A DNA stretch of 64,000 bases. Origin: Blepharisma stoltei ATCC 30299. Lineage: Eukaryota; Protista; Ciliophora. Each line of letters starts with the position of its first letter. Position 1 is the first letter of the stretch. The position numbers were made by a program, and so were the translations under genes. Location of the stretch: assembly GCA_965603825.1 (NCBI GenBank), contig CBFDEM010000023.1, forward strand, positions 310,001 through 374,000, read 5' to 3'. Below, piece by piece: positions 1-12,920 of the stretch. The notes beneath the pieces were generated by a model. The model ran no database searches. It saw only the letters and a program-made list of their open reading frames with translations, and was not told where the DNA came from.

Positions 1-212
1 GAAAGCAATGCCATTGACAAAGTATCAATGCTTCCTTGAGATGGAGTTTCAATAGACATGGAGTTTTCAACCTTAGACAAATAATGAGCAAAGATATCAT
101 ATGATCTTTTATATTGCTTGAAAAAGTTACATAAGTTTACCACTTGCTCGCTTCCCTTTTTCAAGTGCTCAACTATGACTTCGAATTTATCACATATGTC
201 GGTATAGCTCAT
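1..212 (-). CDS. F-BAR/FCH-like protein, N-terminus (runs off window start)
   Basis: Manual translation from ATG at 212: MSYTDICDKFEVIVEHLKKGSEQVVNLCNFFKQYKRSYDIFAHYLSK, resembling an FCH/F-BAR first helix. Confidence 0.55.
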   Translation of the reverse strand, partial: MSYTDICDKFEVIVEHLKKGSEQVVNLCNFFKQYKRSYDIFAHYLSKVENSMSIETPSQGSIDTLSMALL

Positions 213-470
213 AAATAGATTTATTAGTAATGATTTTAATGATAATATGAAAATCAACATAATTGTGCTAATATTCAAATCAAGGCTTATAATAATAAGC
301 TTGTATATTTAAAATATGATGATTTTATCAGTTTCAATAAAAATTTATATATTTTTCAGCTGTGATAATTTAATAAGAAAATTTATTATTGTAATCAATT
401 ATAAAATTTAATTCCTGATGGCCTGGTTTTATTATTTAAATGCTGCTTCCTTATATATAAATTAATATAA

Positions 471-1634
471 ATGAGAAGAAAAGGAAGCGTAGACGAAATT
501 ATCTCAATAAACTCAGTTTTGAGAGACACAAATTATGTTTTTGGTGACTTAGCCGCAATACCAACCCCAGAACCTCCTGTAATATTAATTCAGGAAACAA
601 AAATCATACATATTAACTTATCAGACAAGCTCCATAGAATTATATTTATAGAAGACGCAATAGACCTTAAAAATAATTTGCATGATCATGAAGATCACAT
701 CCTTATTTTTCAAAATCTTCCTTCTGAAGATATAACACAAATAAGAATTGCTTTTAACCTCCATCCTGTCATCGATTCAGAGTGCTCTTCTGTAGAAAAC
801 AACAATAGAGATAATCTAATGCTATTCTCCGATCACTTTTTTTTCTCGATCAACGATTTAAATGCTTCAAATAATGTAGAATTTCCTATCGCAATGAAAA
901 CAATAGTCTATTCTAATTTTTTATTGATTTTTTGCAATGAACCATTGGAAAATGCTGAAGATGTATTATCAATGAATTTATCAAATGTCGACAAAGCAGA
1001 TGAAATTTCGGACAGCCCTAGGATTGGATTTTGCAGTGAATATATTGAAATTATTTTTCAAAAATTAATAGAAACCATTTTTAAAAGAATGGAAATGATC
1101 GTTTATAGTATGGAAGAAGAAGCAAGAATCTGTTTGAGGTTTTCGCAGAATTTGAGTATTGAGGAGCAAACTGATTTTCTATTAAGGATAAGCATGGCAA
1201 AAAGAAAATTGATATATCTCAGGAACCTAGTTAAGCCAAAAATTCAACTTTTTACTGGCTTGTATCGCTCTGACCATGTTTCTGCACATTTCAAACATGT
1301 TCTTCGATCTCTGCAACAAAAAACAATATCTTATTACAAAAGATTAGACAAATCTTCTAGTCTGCTTCTAAGCGCAGAAACAATTTACACAGGCATTGCT
1401 GATGATGAGCGCACTAAGACTTCAATTAAGTTGAACTCTATTATGAATTTTTTTACCTTTATAGCTGTAATATTTATCCCTTTGAATTTTACTGTCACTG
1501 CCTTTGGTATGAATGTAGCCGTACCATTCCAAGATGAAAGTGACTTGTGGCCATTCTATGTCATTATGGGAAGCTCCATACTTTTTGTACTCTTATCATT
1601 GATTATTATGAAAATCAAACCATTTTTAAGCTAG
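471..1634 (+). CDS. CorA/Mrs2/Alr1-family Mg2+ transporter
   Basis: FNLHP motif; two C-terminal TM helices with the GMN signature (AFGMNV); ends TAG. Confidence 0.9.
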   Translation: MRRKGSVDEIISINSVLRDTNYVFGDLAAIPTPEPPVILIQETKIIHINLSDKLHRIIFIEDAIDLKNNLHDHEDHILIFQNLPSEDITQIRIAFNLHPVIDSECSSVENNNRDNLMLFSDHFFFSINDLNASNNVEFPIAMKTIVYSNFLLIFCNEPLENAEDVLSMNLSNVDKADEISDSPRIGFCSEYIEIIFQKLIETIFKRMEMIVYSMEEEARICLRFSQNLSIEEQTDFLLRISMAKRKLIYLRNLVKPKIQLFTGLYRSDHVSAHFKHVLRSLQQKTISYYKRLDKSSSLLLSAETIYTGIADDERTKTSIKLNSIMNFFTFIAVIFIPLNFTVTAFGMNVAVPFQDESDLWPFYVIMGSSILFVLLSLIIMKIKPFLS

Positions 1635-1647
1635 CATTAAAAACTTG

Positions 1648-2397
1648 TTAATAAACTAAAGCTTTCTTTTTCAAAGTTCGCAGATTTTGCTTTAATGGCA
1701 ATGGATGGAATGCCCTTTCTGGATTGAATCGATTTCTATACTCACTTGTCGCCATGTCTCCATGCAATTTTTTAATAGGCTCCCACCCATGCCCATCAAA
1801 AAGCGTTGAGTTCTGCACAAATCCAGAGGCTTGTGTAGATGGCCTATTAGACACCTGTACGTTTTTTCAGAACCCTGTATCTGTAGTTCTATATATTTCA
1901 GGTCTTTTTTTTTCTTGGTTTACATAAGATTTTCTATAAGTAGTCTCGAATGAATCGTCAGCATAATTAGGATGGGTTTGTGGGATCGTGCATTTCCCGT
2001 GGAATCTAGAAATCGTATGATATTCCTCTTCAAGTCCTCCCCCAAATTTTCCATGTGTCCTTCTCATAGGAGAAGAGGACTCATAAGGACGGTTAGGGAA
2101 CCTTTCAGTTGCCCGTGGGTTTAAATATTTTTGACGATTAAATTGCTCTTTTACTGTTTTAGTAAAGGTGGAGCCAAAATTATCGTCAGCCCTTGCGCCT
2201 GGGATATACCCAGAGTAGCCAGGAATTGCACAAGATTTCGTCGTTATAGGAGTTTTGGATCCCATATCATTTGAGCTGGTTCTAAAGTGGTTTTTTGATG
2301 TCCAGGCTGATAAATCAGTAGGAGTGATGTCATTTGATCTCACCAATGGAGAGGAATGACGAAAACTGCTGTTGACACTATTAAGGTTTCCTAGCAT
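1648..2397 (-). CDS. FAM166/CIMIP-like ciliary microtubule inner protein (249 aa)
   Basis: ORFs 1867-2397 and 1648-1854 are in frame across TGA(Trp) at 1867-1869; IPGYSGYIPG motif. Confidence 0.6.
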
Positions 2398-2447
2398 TTT
2401 TATTATATTTCAGTAAAGCTAAACGGAGAACTAATTATTAAAAAATC

Positions 2448-3215
2448 ATGAAAGATCGAAAATAGGCAAAAGACAAGACTTTGAAAAGGACTAGTTTTTT
2501 GCTTTATCTGTGAAGATATATCAATTAGAGCAAACTCTGTGACAGAATTCTCAATCTGTAAGCTTCGAGTTTGCGAAAAACGTGCATGAAGAAATGATAA
2601 AAATTCATGGATTTAGTAAATTATGTAAGAGAAGAAATTAAAGCCGGTTTATTGAATAAAGAATTAGGAAGTAATTAATGCAATTAAGAAGCGATGTCAA
2701 AGTATATCAAGATGAAAAACATTGCTAAACATAAATCAACTATATCAAGATTAGAATCACAACTTAAAACTAATGAAAGCAAGTACATGCAGAAGATAAA
2801 AAGCAATAGAAGAAAAGATAGAAAAAGAAGAAAACCGAACATATCTGGCCGAAAGCACCATTGAAAACTTAAAAGAAGTTATAGCAAGTTCAGAAAACTC
2901 AGAAAAAGTTATCAGAGATCGGCTGAATTTTATAGAAGCTGAGATAAAACATATTGAACAAGCATATAGAAGACATAGAAAAACTTGATTCAGAAATCTG
3001 CGAGCTTGAGAGAAAAACCAAAATATGATACCCTATAAAAAGTTAAGGACTATCACATTCAGAAACTGCCATAAAGAAATTAAAATGAAGTTTAAAGATC
3101 AAATACTTGTGTTGCTAAGGCTAATTGAAAGTTTCATGAATACAAGAGAAGCAATAGAGTCAAGAGATAAAAATGATCCGATATTAGCCGAAGAAAAAAG
3201 GCATGCCTGATGTAA
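2448..3215 (+). pseudogene. Decayed copy of the Zn-finger/coiled-coil CAAX gene at 26189-27016
   Basis: 1-nt deletion just after ATG (atgaaagatc vs atgaaaagatc), premature TAG, several indels, CAAX end deleted. Confidence 0.9.
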
Positions 3216-3300
3216 AATTGCTTAATTATCCTTAAATTTTGGATTTATTAATATTAATGATTATAAATAGTTATCATCTATATTTCTTATACAAACTAAT

Positions 3301-4056
3301 ATGAAAAAAGGCAATGTTCCTCAGCCAGCTGCTAAGAAGCCAGCTCCTGCAAAATCAGCTGTCAAAGCTCCTTCTAAGTCTTCAGCTCAAAAAGAGCCTC
3401 CTGCCAAGTCTGCAGGAAAAGTCTCTGCAAGTCCATCTCAACCAGATCCAAAACCAGCCAAAAAAGCAGGGCCACCTTCCATCACAGACAACATTGGAAG
3501 TCTATTTGGATCCTACTGCAACCAAGCTCATACAGAAATTGATTTTGAAGGTTTACAACGCCTCTGCGATGATTTACGAATCAATCCGATGACTGATGTT
3601 GAACTTCTTGCATTTGTTTGGAAATGCCAAATCAAGCAAGCAGGAACGATATCTCAGGAAGAGTTTACTAATGGGATGAACGCTATAAGAGCTGACTCAT
3701 TGAGCACTTTAAAAACTAGGCTTAATGCGCTGAGAGATTTCGCAAGAGACCCATTTCAGAATGACTTCAGAAATTTTTTTAGGTTTGTCTTTGATTTAAC
3801 AAAAGAGCCAGGAGCTAGAAATATTGATGCAAATGATGGGATTTCGCTGTTAAATTTATTATTAACTCCTCACTTCAGGTGGATGCCAAGATTTATCGAA
3901 TTTTTAGGAACAAAACAGCAGAAGTTTCTGAATTTAGATCAATGGATGGGAATTCTTGAATTTTGCAAGAAAAACCCAAGCAGCTTTGATAGCTACAACC
4001 CTGAAGACCCATGACCAGTTCTAATCGACGAGTTTGTGACCTGGACCCGACAATAG
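3301..4056 (+). CDS. DCN1: DCN1-like cullin neddylation E3 (PONY domain), 251 aa
   Basis: LNLDQW motif; TGA 4012-4014 gives the conserved W of W-PVLIDEFV; true stop TAG 4054-4056. Confidence 0.92.
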
Positions 4057-4131
4057 CCTTAATTTTATTTTATTTCTTTAGAGTAGCTGCTAAAAGTAAT
4101 TATAAGAGCATTAAATAAAAGCTAAATCAAC

Positions 4132-5901
4132 ATGTCTACTAATGAAGCGATTGAAGTAATATGCATCTAGGTAGAATCATTAGTTCTCAACTGTAACAAG
4201 CAAGCCATGGAACTTCTACGTCAAGACAACTATAACGAAGCTTTATTACTGCTCCGAAAAGCCGAAAGTTTGCTTTCACATCCTGAAAATCTAAAAGATG
4301 CAAATAACAAACTCCATGCAATCACTTACAACAACATCGGCTGCTTCTATAAAAAAGCTGGAAAGGCCCAGCTTGCTCTTCAATATTTACAAAGAGCCTT
4401 AGAAGTCAGCAAAAACTTCCCCTCAGAGTACACAAACCTTGCAGGGACACATTTAAATATATGTGCAATTGTTTCACAAATGGGAGACCATGAGACTGGG
4501 GTTTCGCATGCTATAAAAGCGTTGCAGCTTTTAAAAAAATCATATGACGAGGATGGGTCTCAAAACACCATTTCTACGCTGATAATTGCACTGCATAATA
4601 CAGGGGTAGAGTATGAGTTTTTAGGGGAACTAAAAAAGGCTGAAGAAACTTATAAATGCGGGATGGATTTGGCTAATAAGCATCTTGGGAAAAATCATCA
4701 ATTAGCCCTGACTCTGACAAAAAATTATACACTTTTGCAAAGAAATAGGGAAATTATTAAGCCACAGTTAACAAAAAAACTGTATTTTGAAAAATTGTCG
4801 TCTGGATACTCAAGAACAAGGAACTCAATGGAGCCTCAGCATTCTTCAGCTAATGAAAGAACTTTACCGAAAATAAGAACAACGAGTGGAAGGGCGAGAA
4901 AAGGAAGAAAGGCAAATAAAAGTGTGGGAGAGCCTAAACGGAATGACTCTAACAAGATGAAGTTTATGGAATTTCTACCTACTACTGTAAACCAGCCGAA
5001 AAAATTCCAAAGAAATCTCCTTAAAACAGCACCTGAGTCCCAAGTTAAAAAGCCTCAATTTTCGCCTATAACTGATAAGCCGACAACAAGCTTTACAAAG
5101 CCAAAACATCTTTCAATAAAAGAAGATAAAGCTATAAGCCATATAGAAAATAGAATAGAAACACTGAGGAGCCAACTTGATGATTTCGAAAATAAATATA
5201 AAGAGCTTGAAAAGAATGCTTCAAAAAAGCCACTGTCAAAGCTTGATAGACAAGCTTTAACCCCTTCTCCGCCTCTATTAAACCGTTCATTAGGCCCAAT
5301 AAAGCCAGTATCTCCACCTTCGAAAAATAATTATTCCCATATAATCACTATACAAAAGCACTGGAGAGGTTATAAAGCAAGAAAGGACTTTAAAATTCAG
5401 AAGAGGCTTGAAGCCCAAGAAAAAGCTAAAGCGGCCATCGAAGAGTTAGAAATTCTAAAGAAAAGAGCTATGGATGATAATTTATATCAAGATTTAGAAG
5501 AGCATGTAAGACCAAAATCATCTGCTTTTCCCATTAAAAAACCAGAAGAAAAAGTGCGCCCAAAAACCAACTCCTCAGCATACCCGCCTCCAAATGTAAA
5601 TTTTAGACCTTTAAAAAGTGCTCAAAAAACGTTAAAATTCCAATTGGACCCCATTCCTGAATCCAGGATTGAAACTAAAACTGACCGTGCAATTTTGATA
5701 CAATCTCACATAAGGAGATTTATTAGCCAAAAAAAATATAAAAAAATGAAAAACGCTGCCATGAAAATACAGAAAAATATAAGGAGACATCAGTGCAAAA
5801 GTTTATATCAAGATATTCTATCTGCTGTGCTATTTATACAAGCGTTTTGGAGAGGGCACTTGGTGAGAAAAAAATATTTGAAGAAAGAGAAGCATAATTA
5901 A
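4132..5901 (+). CDS. TPR-repeat + IQ-motif protein; 15-nt intron 4156-4170
   Basis: ATG 4132, intron GTAATATGCATCTAG joins to ORF 4207; TPRs (YNNIGCFY, HNTGVEYE) and IQ motifs (IQKHWRGY, IQAFWRGH). Confidence 0.85.
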
Positions 5902-5945
5902 TGGTAATATTGAGTATCTAGAATTTGTATTAAAATCTTAAATAG

Positions 5946-8462
5946 TTAAAAGAATTTATCGATTTCTTGGTATCCTCTTTCAGCATCTGATATTAAAGAT
6001 TCAGTTTTCTCTGTATGGCTTTCGTATAACCTTTGAGCTGGGTTATATGAAGGCACATCACAGTCAATATCGATCGATTCAGGCTCCTGGAATTTATTTG
6101 TCGATTTAACTATTGCAGGATTTTCAGTAAAAGCTTGAGGTCTCTGATAAGGGGACTTCGATTGATAATAAAAATTGTTGGGCTGACTTCTTGAAGGTAA
6201 AGGAGATCTAAAGGTTCGCTTATTTTTCCTAGTTTCTCTACTTAGTGATACTGGTGAATCTTCTCTTGAAGCTCCAAATTGTTTTGATTTCGCTGAAGCA
6301 TTAAATTGTTCTAAATTTGACTCTGAAGGTTTTAAGGTGATTCTATTCCCAAACTCAATATTGTCGGGTTTAGATTTTTTTTGTGGCTTTTTTACAAATG
6401 AAATTACGGATTCTGCAAAAGCACCTTTATCTCTTCGAGTCTCATCAATTTCAAGCTCTTGCGGCATAATTTCTTCGAACTTAGGCTTAGATTTAGCTTT
6501 GTGGGGAGACCTTTCTTTTATTGGCAAATTTATAGGAAACTGAGCCCAAATATCAGGGTTGGCTTGAAGTTTTTCCATCATTTCGAAAATGGTATCGGTC
6601 ATATTTTTCGGGACTTTTCATACAGAAAGGAATCCAGAAGTCCCTGCAATTACGATAAACCTCCCATCTCTTGACCAGCTGATAGCTTTCATACTGCTGC
6701 AGTTATTCAGTCTACTAAGTTCAGTAGATTTTTTGCCTGTCCCTGTTTCGTATACTACTAATTTTACATAAGAACCTATTTGGTTTGGCAGGAATACTCC
6801 TATATAGAGCCCTGAAGGATCTTGTATGCACCCTTTAGGATTTATTTCAGTTTCAATAATTCCTGCAATTTCTCCATTATCTATATTGAAAATATATATC
6901 CCGCCTAAGCTGCAAGTCACCAATAAAAATGATCCACTTGTATGGATGCAAAAACCATTGGATTTTCCGTCAATTGGAAATAGATTGAAATGAGTTCTTT
7001 CGAGCTCGCCTTGAATGGCTTCAAATGTTTGTATCTGGATACTGCTTGAGTCTTTTAAGGTTGCAGCTTTTATGCACATTCCATCTCCATCTATACATTC
7101 ATGGAATTTTATTGTTTGTAAAGCATTTTGATTTCTTATCCAAGGCTCTTCAAGCACAATGCCAACTGTTTCAAAATTTGAGTCCAAAATTACAGCTTGG
7201 CCAGAGCTAAATCCAACCCCTAGAAAATGACCGCTTGGTGTAAACGAAAGATCAGTCACCTCTGAGCTTGATATCTGCAAGCTATTTAAATATCTCGGTT
7301 TTTCCCCTAAATCGAAAAATTTTACAGTCCCTCTACTGAATCCGCAGCATACTGTTTTTTTAGAAGGATGTACCCCAATAGCAGTAACATATCCTTTTCC
7401 ACCAGAAACCTCCATAGCTTGCATATTCCAGCCTTTCCCCACATATTTCCATACATAAAGACAGCCTTCGTTGCTGCTCGAGACGAAATTCCATCTTTCA
7501 GTTCATTGGACAGTGTTAACGGGTGAGCAGTGTCCTGATGATTGATTTATAACTTGCCCTTGGGACATATTCAAAATTTGTATTGTAGCGTCTTGAAATA
7601 GGGTGTACAGGATATTTCCTCCGTTAACTAAGACTGCAGAAATTGATGATTGATGAGTAGACGGAAGCTCTCTAAAAAGACGATTTGTGCGTAGTGAGTA
7701 CATCGTAATTGAGCCAGTTGTGGAGCCGAAATAAGCGTAGTCTTGATAAGTCACGACTGATATAAAACGAAGCTTAGGGTGCTGGTAGTTTGCCATGGAC
7801 TTTCCAGAAACATTCACAGTCATCACATTTCCGTTTTCTAGGAGCACCACAAATAAGTTTAGGCTTTGGGAGAATCCTACTTGTAAAATATTATTTTTGA
7901 AATGTAATCTTTTAGAGATACTGACTGAATTCTCTATTTTCCATATCTTCAAGCACAAGTTTTCAGCTGTCGCAAAGCTCAACTGATCGCTCAATAAAGT
8001 TATAAATAAGCAGCTTTCCTGCATCTCTAAGTCGTCAGTTTGCCTCAAAATTAAATCTGGAGCTCTCCACTCCCACAGACTAATTCTATAGCCTCCTTCA
8101 TTTTCATTTTCAGCAATAATAAGCCTTCTACCCAAAAAACTGCAAATGACATTAGCAGTCGGGGATTTTCTTGGTTTAAATGGGACCCATTTAGCGCAGA
8201 CTTGTTCCAGAGTTCGCCATCTCCATACACAGATTAAAGGCTGTAATGAGCTTTCAATAGTAATGAAGTATTCAAAGTCAGATGAAAAAGCGATAGATGT
8301 AACTGGATTATCATGGCACCTTAAATTGACTTTTCGGTCGTTATTTATGTCTCATAGCACTACCACTGTGCCAATTGAATATATAAGGGTGTCTGAGGGG
8401 CCATGGACTGCATATGCGTTCATTACACCTGTGAGCTCAAGAAGTTCCCACTCCTCTTCCAT
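5946..8462 (-). CDS. WD40 protein, WDR62/MAPKBP1-like (838 aa)
   Basis: One frame from ATG 8462 across TGAs (VVL-W-D, VQ-W, LSV-W-K); last blades DPSGLYI...SRDGRFIV...SVWKVP resemble MAPKBP1. Confidence 0.75.
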
Positions 8463-8635
8463 TTTAAAATCTAAGAAAATATTGAAAGATTATTTAATAT
8501 TTTTATTATCCTAGGTATTTATGCATAAAGAAATTGCAAATAAATCTAATTGGTATGATCAAATTTTTTCAATATGAATATTAGGCATTTCTATTGTAGT
8601 CTATTATAGAAAACTTAAATGCTATAATTTATGGA

Positions 8636-9598
8636 ATGCTACTAATAAAAGTTTTGTATTATATTTTCAGGCTATTAGGACCAGTTTGCCTTATTGGAGG
8701 AGAAATTGCAACAGCTGTTGGCAGCTGGCAGTCTTTTATTGGAAGGGATGAATATGTGGGTGCTTGCGATTATATCGTCACCAAAAGTTATTTTGAAAAA
8801 ATAACAATTGTTAAAGGAACTGATGGGAGTTGCGAAGCTTATAAAGATAATGACAAAGATATTTGCCATTCTAGCAATCATTATTTAAAGCATGACTTTG
8901 GAGAATACCATTCGCAGACACTAGAATTAGTTAACATATCATTTGACTATTACGCATCCTTACTTGGACTAATATGAGCAATTTTTGTATCAGTTCACTG
9001 TCTATGCTTTTTATTTATTGAAATCTGCAGACGACAGCGCTACTATAGAAATTACTCATATTGGCTAGGAATGTGATATACCTTGTTTATGAGGTATCCA
9101 ACCATCACTTATAGCTTGGCAACTTTTTTATTCGGTTCTTTCTGATATGATGACTGTTTAGGAGCATTCCAAATATGGGTTCATTCGAAATTTTATTATT
9201 ATTTATTAACTCTTACCTTCTTTCTTTCGTTATGGCCATATATTTACCTTTACAGACTTTTATGAGACAGAATCGGACTAAATCTCACTAATTTAGGGAA
9301 CACTTATAAAATTGAAAATATTTTTAACCCTGCTGAAAGAGACACAACTAAGAGATGGCAATATGAGATGGTAGGAGGTTTGGTTTCTTTACTAATAATT
9401 GACTGTATCATTGTATCAATAATAGGATTTATGTCGCAGGATAGTGCGTGAATTTATCTTGTTATTGACATCAGTTTTACTTCATTTGCGTGGTTATTAG
9501 AGCGCTTCAACGCAATAAAGTTTAAATATCAGATAGATGGGAGAGAGTTAAATGGAAATAATCGCATGAGGATGCATGCACAATATGCATTAATTTAA
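8636..9598 (+). CDS. Unknown multi-pass membrane protein (320 aa, 5 UGA-Trp)
   Basis: Frame stays open through 5 TGA codons to TAA 9596-9598; several hydrophobic segments. Confidence 0.7.
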
Positions 9599-9668
9599 GC
9601 AAATCCTGATGGTTTAGAGTAATTATTAATAAGTCATAGCTAATTAAGGCGACTAAGAAACATTTATG

Positions 9669-9966
9669 TTACTTCTTAATGTGCTTAGTTCTTGCGGCAG
9701 GTGTTGAGCCTTCTCTGAAATGATTCTTAGCTCTACGAGGAATTGACTTCATATATTTCATTCTTCCAGTGCCTTCACCTCTTCTTCTGTGGGTTTTCAG
9801 GGCCCAGTTGTAGTGTCTCATTTTAGCACTTGGATATCCACAAGATGCACAGACTTTAGTTTGCTTGTGAAGAGCTCTTTTGTTGCATCTTCTGCATACT
9901 GTATGGGTGTGTGAATTTCTCTTTCCTGCGCTAGGCGTGCCTTTAGTCTAAGTAATCATTTACCAT
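9669..9966 (-). CDS. RPL37: 60S ribosomal protein L37 (eL37); 16-nt intron 9948-9963 right after ATG
   Basis: M|TKGTPSAGKR...HTVCRRC...CASCGYP...YNW...GTGRM; intron GTAAATGATTACTTAG; missed by the ORF track. Confidence 0.97.
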
Positions 9967-10240
9967 TCCTTATAAATTTATGCCAAATAACTATGGATGA
10001 GATAGTAATTATTTAATTTCAGCTTCAAAGCAGTGTAATCTATAATGCAGAATTTCAATTCAAATTATAACATCAATTATACATGTATTTTAAAAATTTA
10101 AATATAGCTATAAAGACTGATGCTTAAAAATTATAAATAAATACAAGCAAAATTAGTAAAAAAAGATAATCCCTCGTAGTTATTGAAATTCCTTTTTAGC
10201 CAAATTTTATTTGTAATTTTCATGATAATTATGGAAAAAT

Positions 10241-10624
10241 ATGATTAGAATATTTAGAAGGGCATTCAGCCAAGTAAGGTTGAACTGAATTACACCTGAT
10301 GGCAAAGAAATTGCTACCGTAGCTAAAATTGGTGAAACTTTGCTAGAAAATGCTCATGCTAATGGTATTGATTTAGAAGGAGCATGTGAAGGCTCATGTG
10401 CGTGCTCCACATGCCACATAATCTTAGAACCGCATATATATGACTGCATAAAAGAGGCTACAGCTGATGAAGAAGATATGCTGGATCTTGCTTTTGGGCT
10501 GACACCAACGTCAAGACTTGGATGCCAAATTAAAATTTCTCAAGAAATGGATAATTGTAAAATCAAGCTTCCAAGCGGATCTGTTAATTTGTATGTAGAT
10601 GGACACAAGCCTAAACCTCATTAA
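10241..10624 (+). CDS. Mitochondrial adrenodoxin-type 2Fe-2S ferredoxin
   Basis: ACEGSCACSTCH and SRLGCQ motifs; in-frame ATG 10241 with presequence MIRIFRRAFS and one TGA(Trp). Confidence 0.95.
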
Positions 10625-11419
10625 ATAATTTCAACCAAATTATATGGTTGCAGGAATTTTTAATCTTTAAATATCAGTCATCTCGAATAAAAGAATTCTT
10701 TTTAGTAGCATACTATAGTTTCTATTAAAAAAGATAGTGCTACTAGATAAAAAGCCAATAAAAATATATAAATTCCAGCTATAAGTATCATTTTCAATTT
10801 AGTTTGAGGAATAAATTAAATGATTGCATTGCTTTAAAGCAATAATCTAAATGAAATTATAAAGAAAAACTGTGCTTGGAATATTTTAAAATGATCAAAT
10901 TTGATATGGTTTAAATAAAATTTGCTAAAATAAAAAGGAAAGCTTAGATTAATATAAAATTTCAGCTTCTATTGTTAGGAAGCCTTAAATTGACAATCTT
11001 TATTTTCACTTATAGCTATAATTTAAATAATTTAAGGTATAGCTATTTTTGAGCCTTGAGAGCGATAGAGATATTTATTTATTATGATCATGAATAATAA
11101 ACCCTAAGTTATACCGATTTTGCAAGTGGAAATCTAATATTATTCCATTCATGAACCGCATTTAATGCTAATCTTAATAGTGACATATACGTTCTTATTA
11201 AATTAATTATCTCAATTTTAATTAGTAGCTTTAGAACTCTTCAAATCATATAACTTAATAGAATTCGGCTGTTCGATAAATCTATACAAATTCCATATCA
11301 AATCCATATTTATAAATTCCTAGCCATCAGCGCTTTAAAACCTATCTAATTCAAACTAGACTTAATGGCTATTATCAATTACCAGCACGAATCCATTCTC
11401 TATAACTTCATTATAAAAA

Positions 11420-12832
11420 ATGGCTATTCGAATTCCAACTCGTCCACATCCACCGTTTGCTTCAAAGACTTCCAATTCAAATTTAAATTTGACTGGAAAA
11501 TCTCAAGCACTAAATCCATTCATCTTTGAAGACAAAACCGCTAAATCCACAACTCTACTTCCAAGCATAAATTCCTTCAACATTAATTCTTTACGAAAAA
11601 TCCGAAAAACGAAAAAGGCTCATACGCTGAAACTAGAAAGATTTAGCGATCCGTTGCAAAACAGTCCAAGCTTGAACTCTATTGTCATTCAAAAATCGGG
11701 CGGATCTTTTAGCAGGTCAATGCATTTTAAACTGACCGCTGATCCTTTGAATTCTTCTCCGCTTTTTGATGACTTATATGAAGAGGAGAAAGAAATTATA
11801 ACTCCAACGCCGTTTAATGAAGTTGTAGAAGAAGATTTGCAGAAATCCATTTTTAGATCACAGTCAATTGATGTAGATAATTCACAAACATCATTTTGGC
11901 ACAAGATTTCTGAGAATACCAAAAAGCCTGAAACTCCTGAACTTACCCAAATTAAAAAACCTCAAGGATTAAAAATCAGGGTTGTAAAGAGCAGTCAAGG
12001 CTTACCTTCTTCTCGATCTATTGAAAATCCTCAAAACTCACCAAAACTTTTAAGTTTAAAAATTACAAAATCGTCTGATCCTAAAAGAGAAGAGCCAAAA
12101 GGTTCCGAAAAATGGAAAAAATCAATGAAAGATCATTTATTTCAGACTTTCCAAGCCTTAAAATACTTAAATTCCCACCCATCAATTGACATTGATCTCG
12201 TTAGATGCCGAAAAATCAAGCTGACTAAAAAGCTTGAATTTAGAAAAACAGTGATTTTTGACTTAGATGAAACTTTAATTCACTGTGTAGACAACGAGGC
12301 CGATGAAGCTTCAGATGCAATTATCCCTGTAAAATTCCCCAATGGCATGATTGCAAAAACGAAAATAAAAATAAGACCTTATGCAGTAGAATGCTTAAGG
12401 GTAATCAGCAAAATATGCGAAGTGATAATTTTCTCTTCTTTTAATCAGACTTATGCAGATGCAATTATTGATTTTTTGGACCCCAAAAAAGAAATAGTAC
12501 ATCATAGGTTGTATAGGGATAGTTGTGTTATCGTTAATGGCTTAATTATCAAAGACATTAGGATTCTGGAAGACAGAAACCTAGAGGACGTCGTCATAGT
12601 TGATAATTCAGTACACAGCTTTATATACCAATTAGAGAACGGAATACCCATTGTTAGTTGGACAAATAACGAAGACGATAAGGAATTATTAAATTTAGTC
12701 AATTATATCAAAAAACTTACTACTCCTGATGATATCAGAAAATTAAACAGAAAAACATTTAAACTTTACAGATTTTACATGGATTATATCCATGAATTTG
12801 AAACTGATAGCCCACATAAAGCAAAAAAATAA
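11420..12832 (+). CDS. FCP1/SCP (CTDSP/NIF) family HAD phosphatase
   Basis: DLDETL, RPY, LYRDSC, IVDNS and NGIPI motifs. Confidence 0.92.
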   Translation: MAIRIPTRPHPPFASKTSNSNLNLTGKSQALNPFIFEDKTAKSTTLLPSINSFNINSLRKIRKTKKAHTLKLERFSDPLQNSPSLNSIVIQKSGGSFSRSMHFKLTADPLNSSPLFDDLYEEEKEIITPTPFNEVVEEDLQKSIFRSQSIDVDNSQTSFWHKISENTKKPETPELTQIKKPQGLKIRVVKSSQGLPSSRSIENPQNSPKLLSLKITKSSDPKREEPKGSEKWKKSMKDHLFQTFQALKYLNSHPSIDIDLVRCRKIKLTKKLEFRKTVIFDLDETLIHCVDNEADEASDAIIPVKFPNGMIAKTKIKIRPYAVECLRVISKICEVIIFSSFNQTYADAIIDFLDPKKEIVHHRLYRDSCVIVNGLIIKDIRILEDRNLEDVVIVDNSVHSFIYQLENGIPIVSWTNNEDDKELLNLVNYIKKLTTPDDIRKLNRKTFKLYRFYMDYIHEFETDSPHKAKK

Positions 12833-12920
12833 ATAAAATTTAAGCATAACTTTCATAATTAAAAATATTTGTCATGCTAATAAGAAATTTTAGTAGTTTA
12901 AAAGGTAAATTAAAATTAAG

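Larger units (their letters stand above)
2332..4857 (+). repeat. Segmental duplication, copy A (donor locus) of 26075-28081
   Basis: Direct alignment from atttgatctc (2332/26075) to cagctaatgaa (4857/28081); 4194-4710 is absent in copy B. Confidence 0.95.

Noticed and set aside
8656-8670. Possible stop-less 15-nt intron GTATTATATTTTCAG
   Set aside because: Lacks GTAA, the -6 A and TAG; not needed for the frame; RNA-seq would decide
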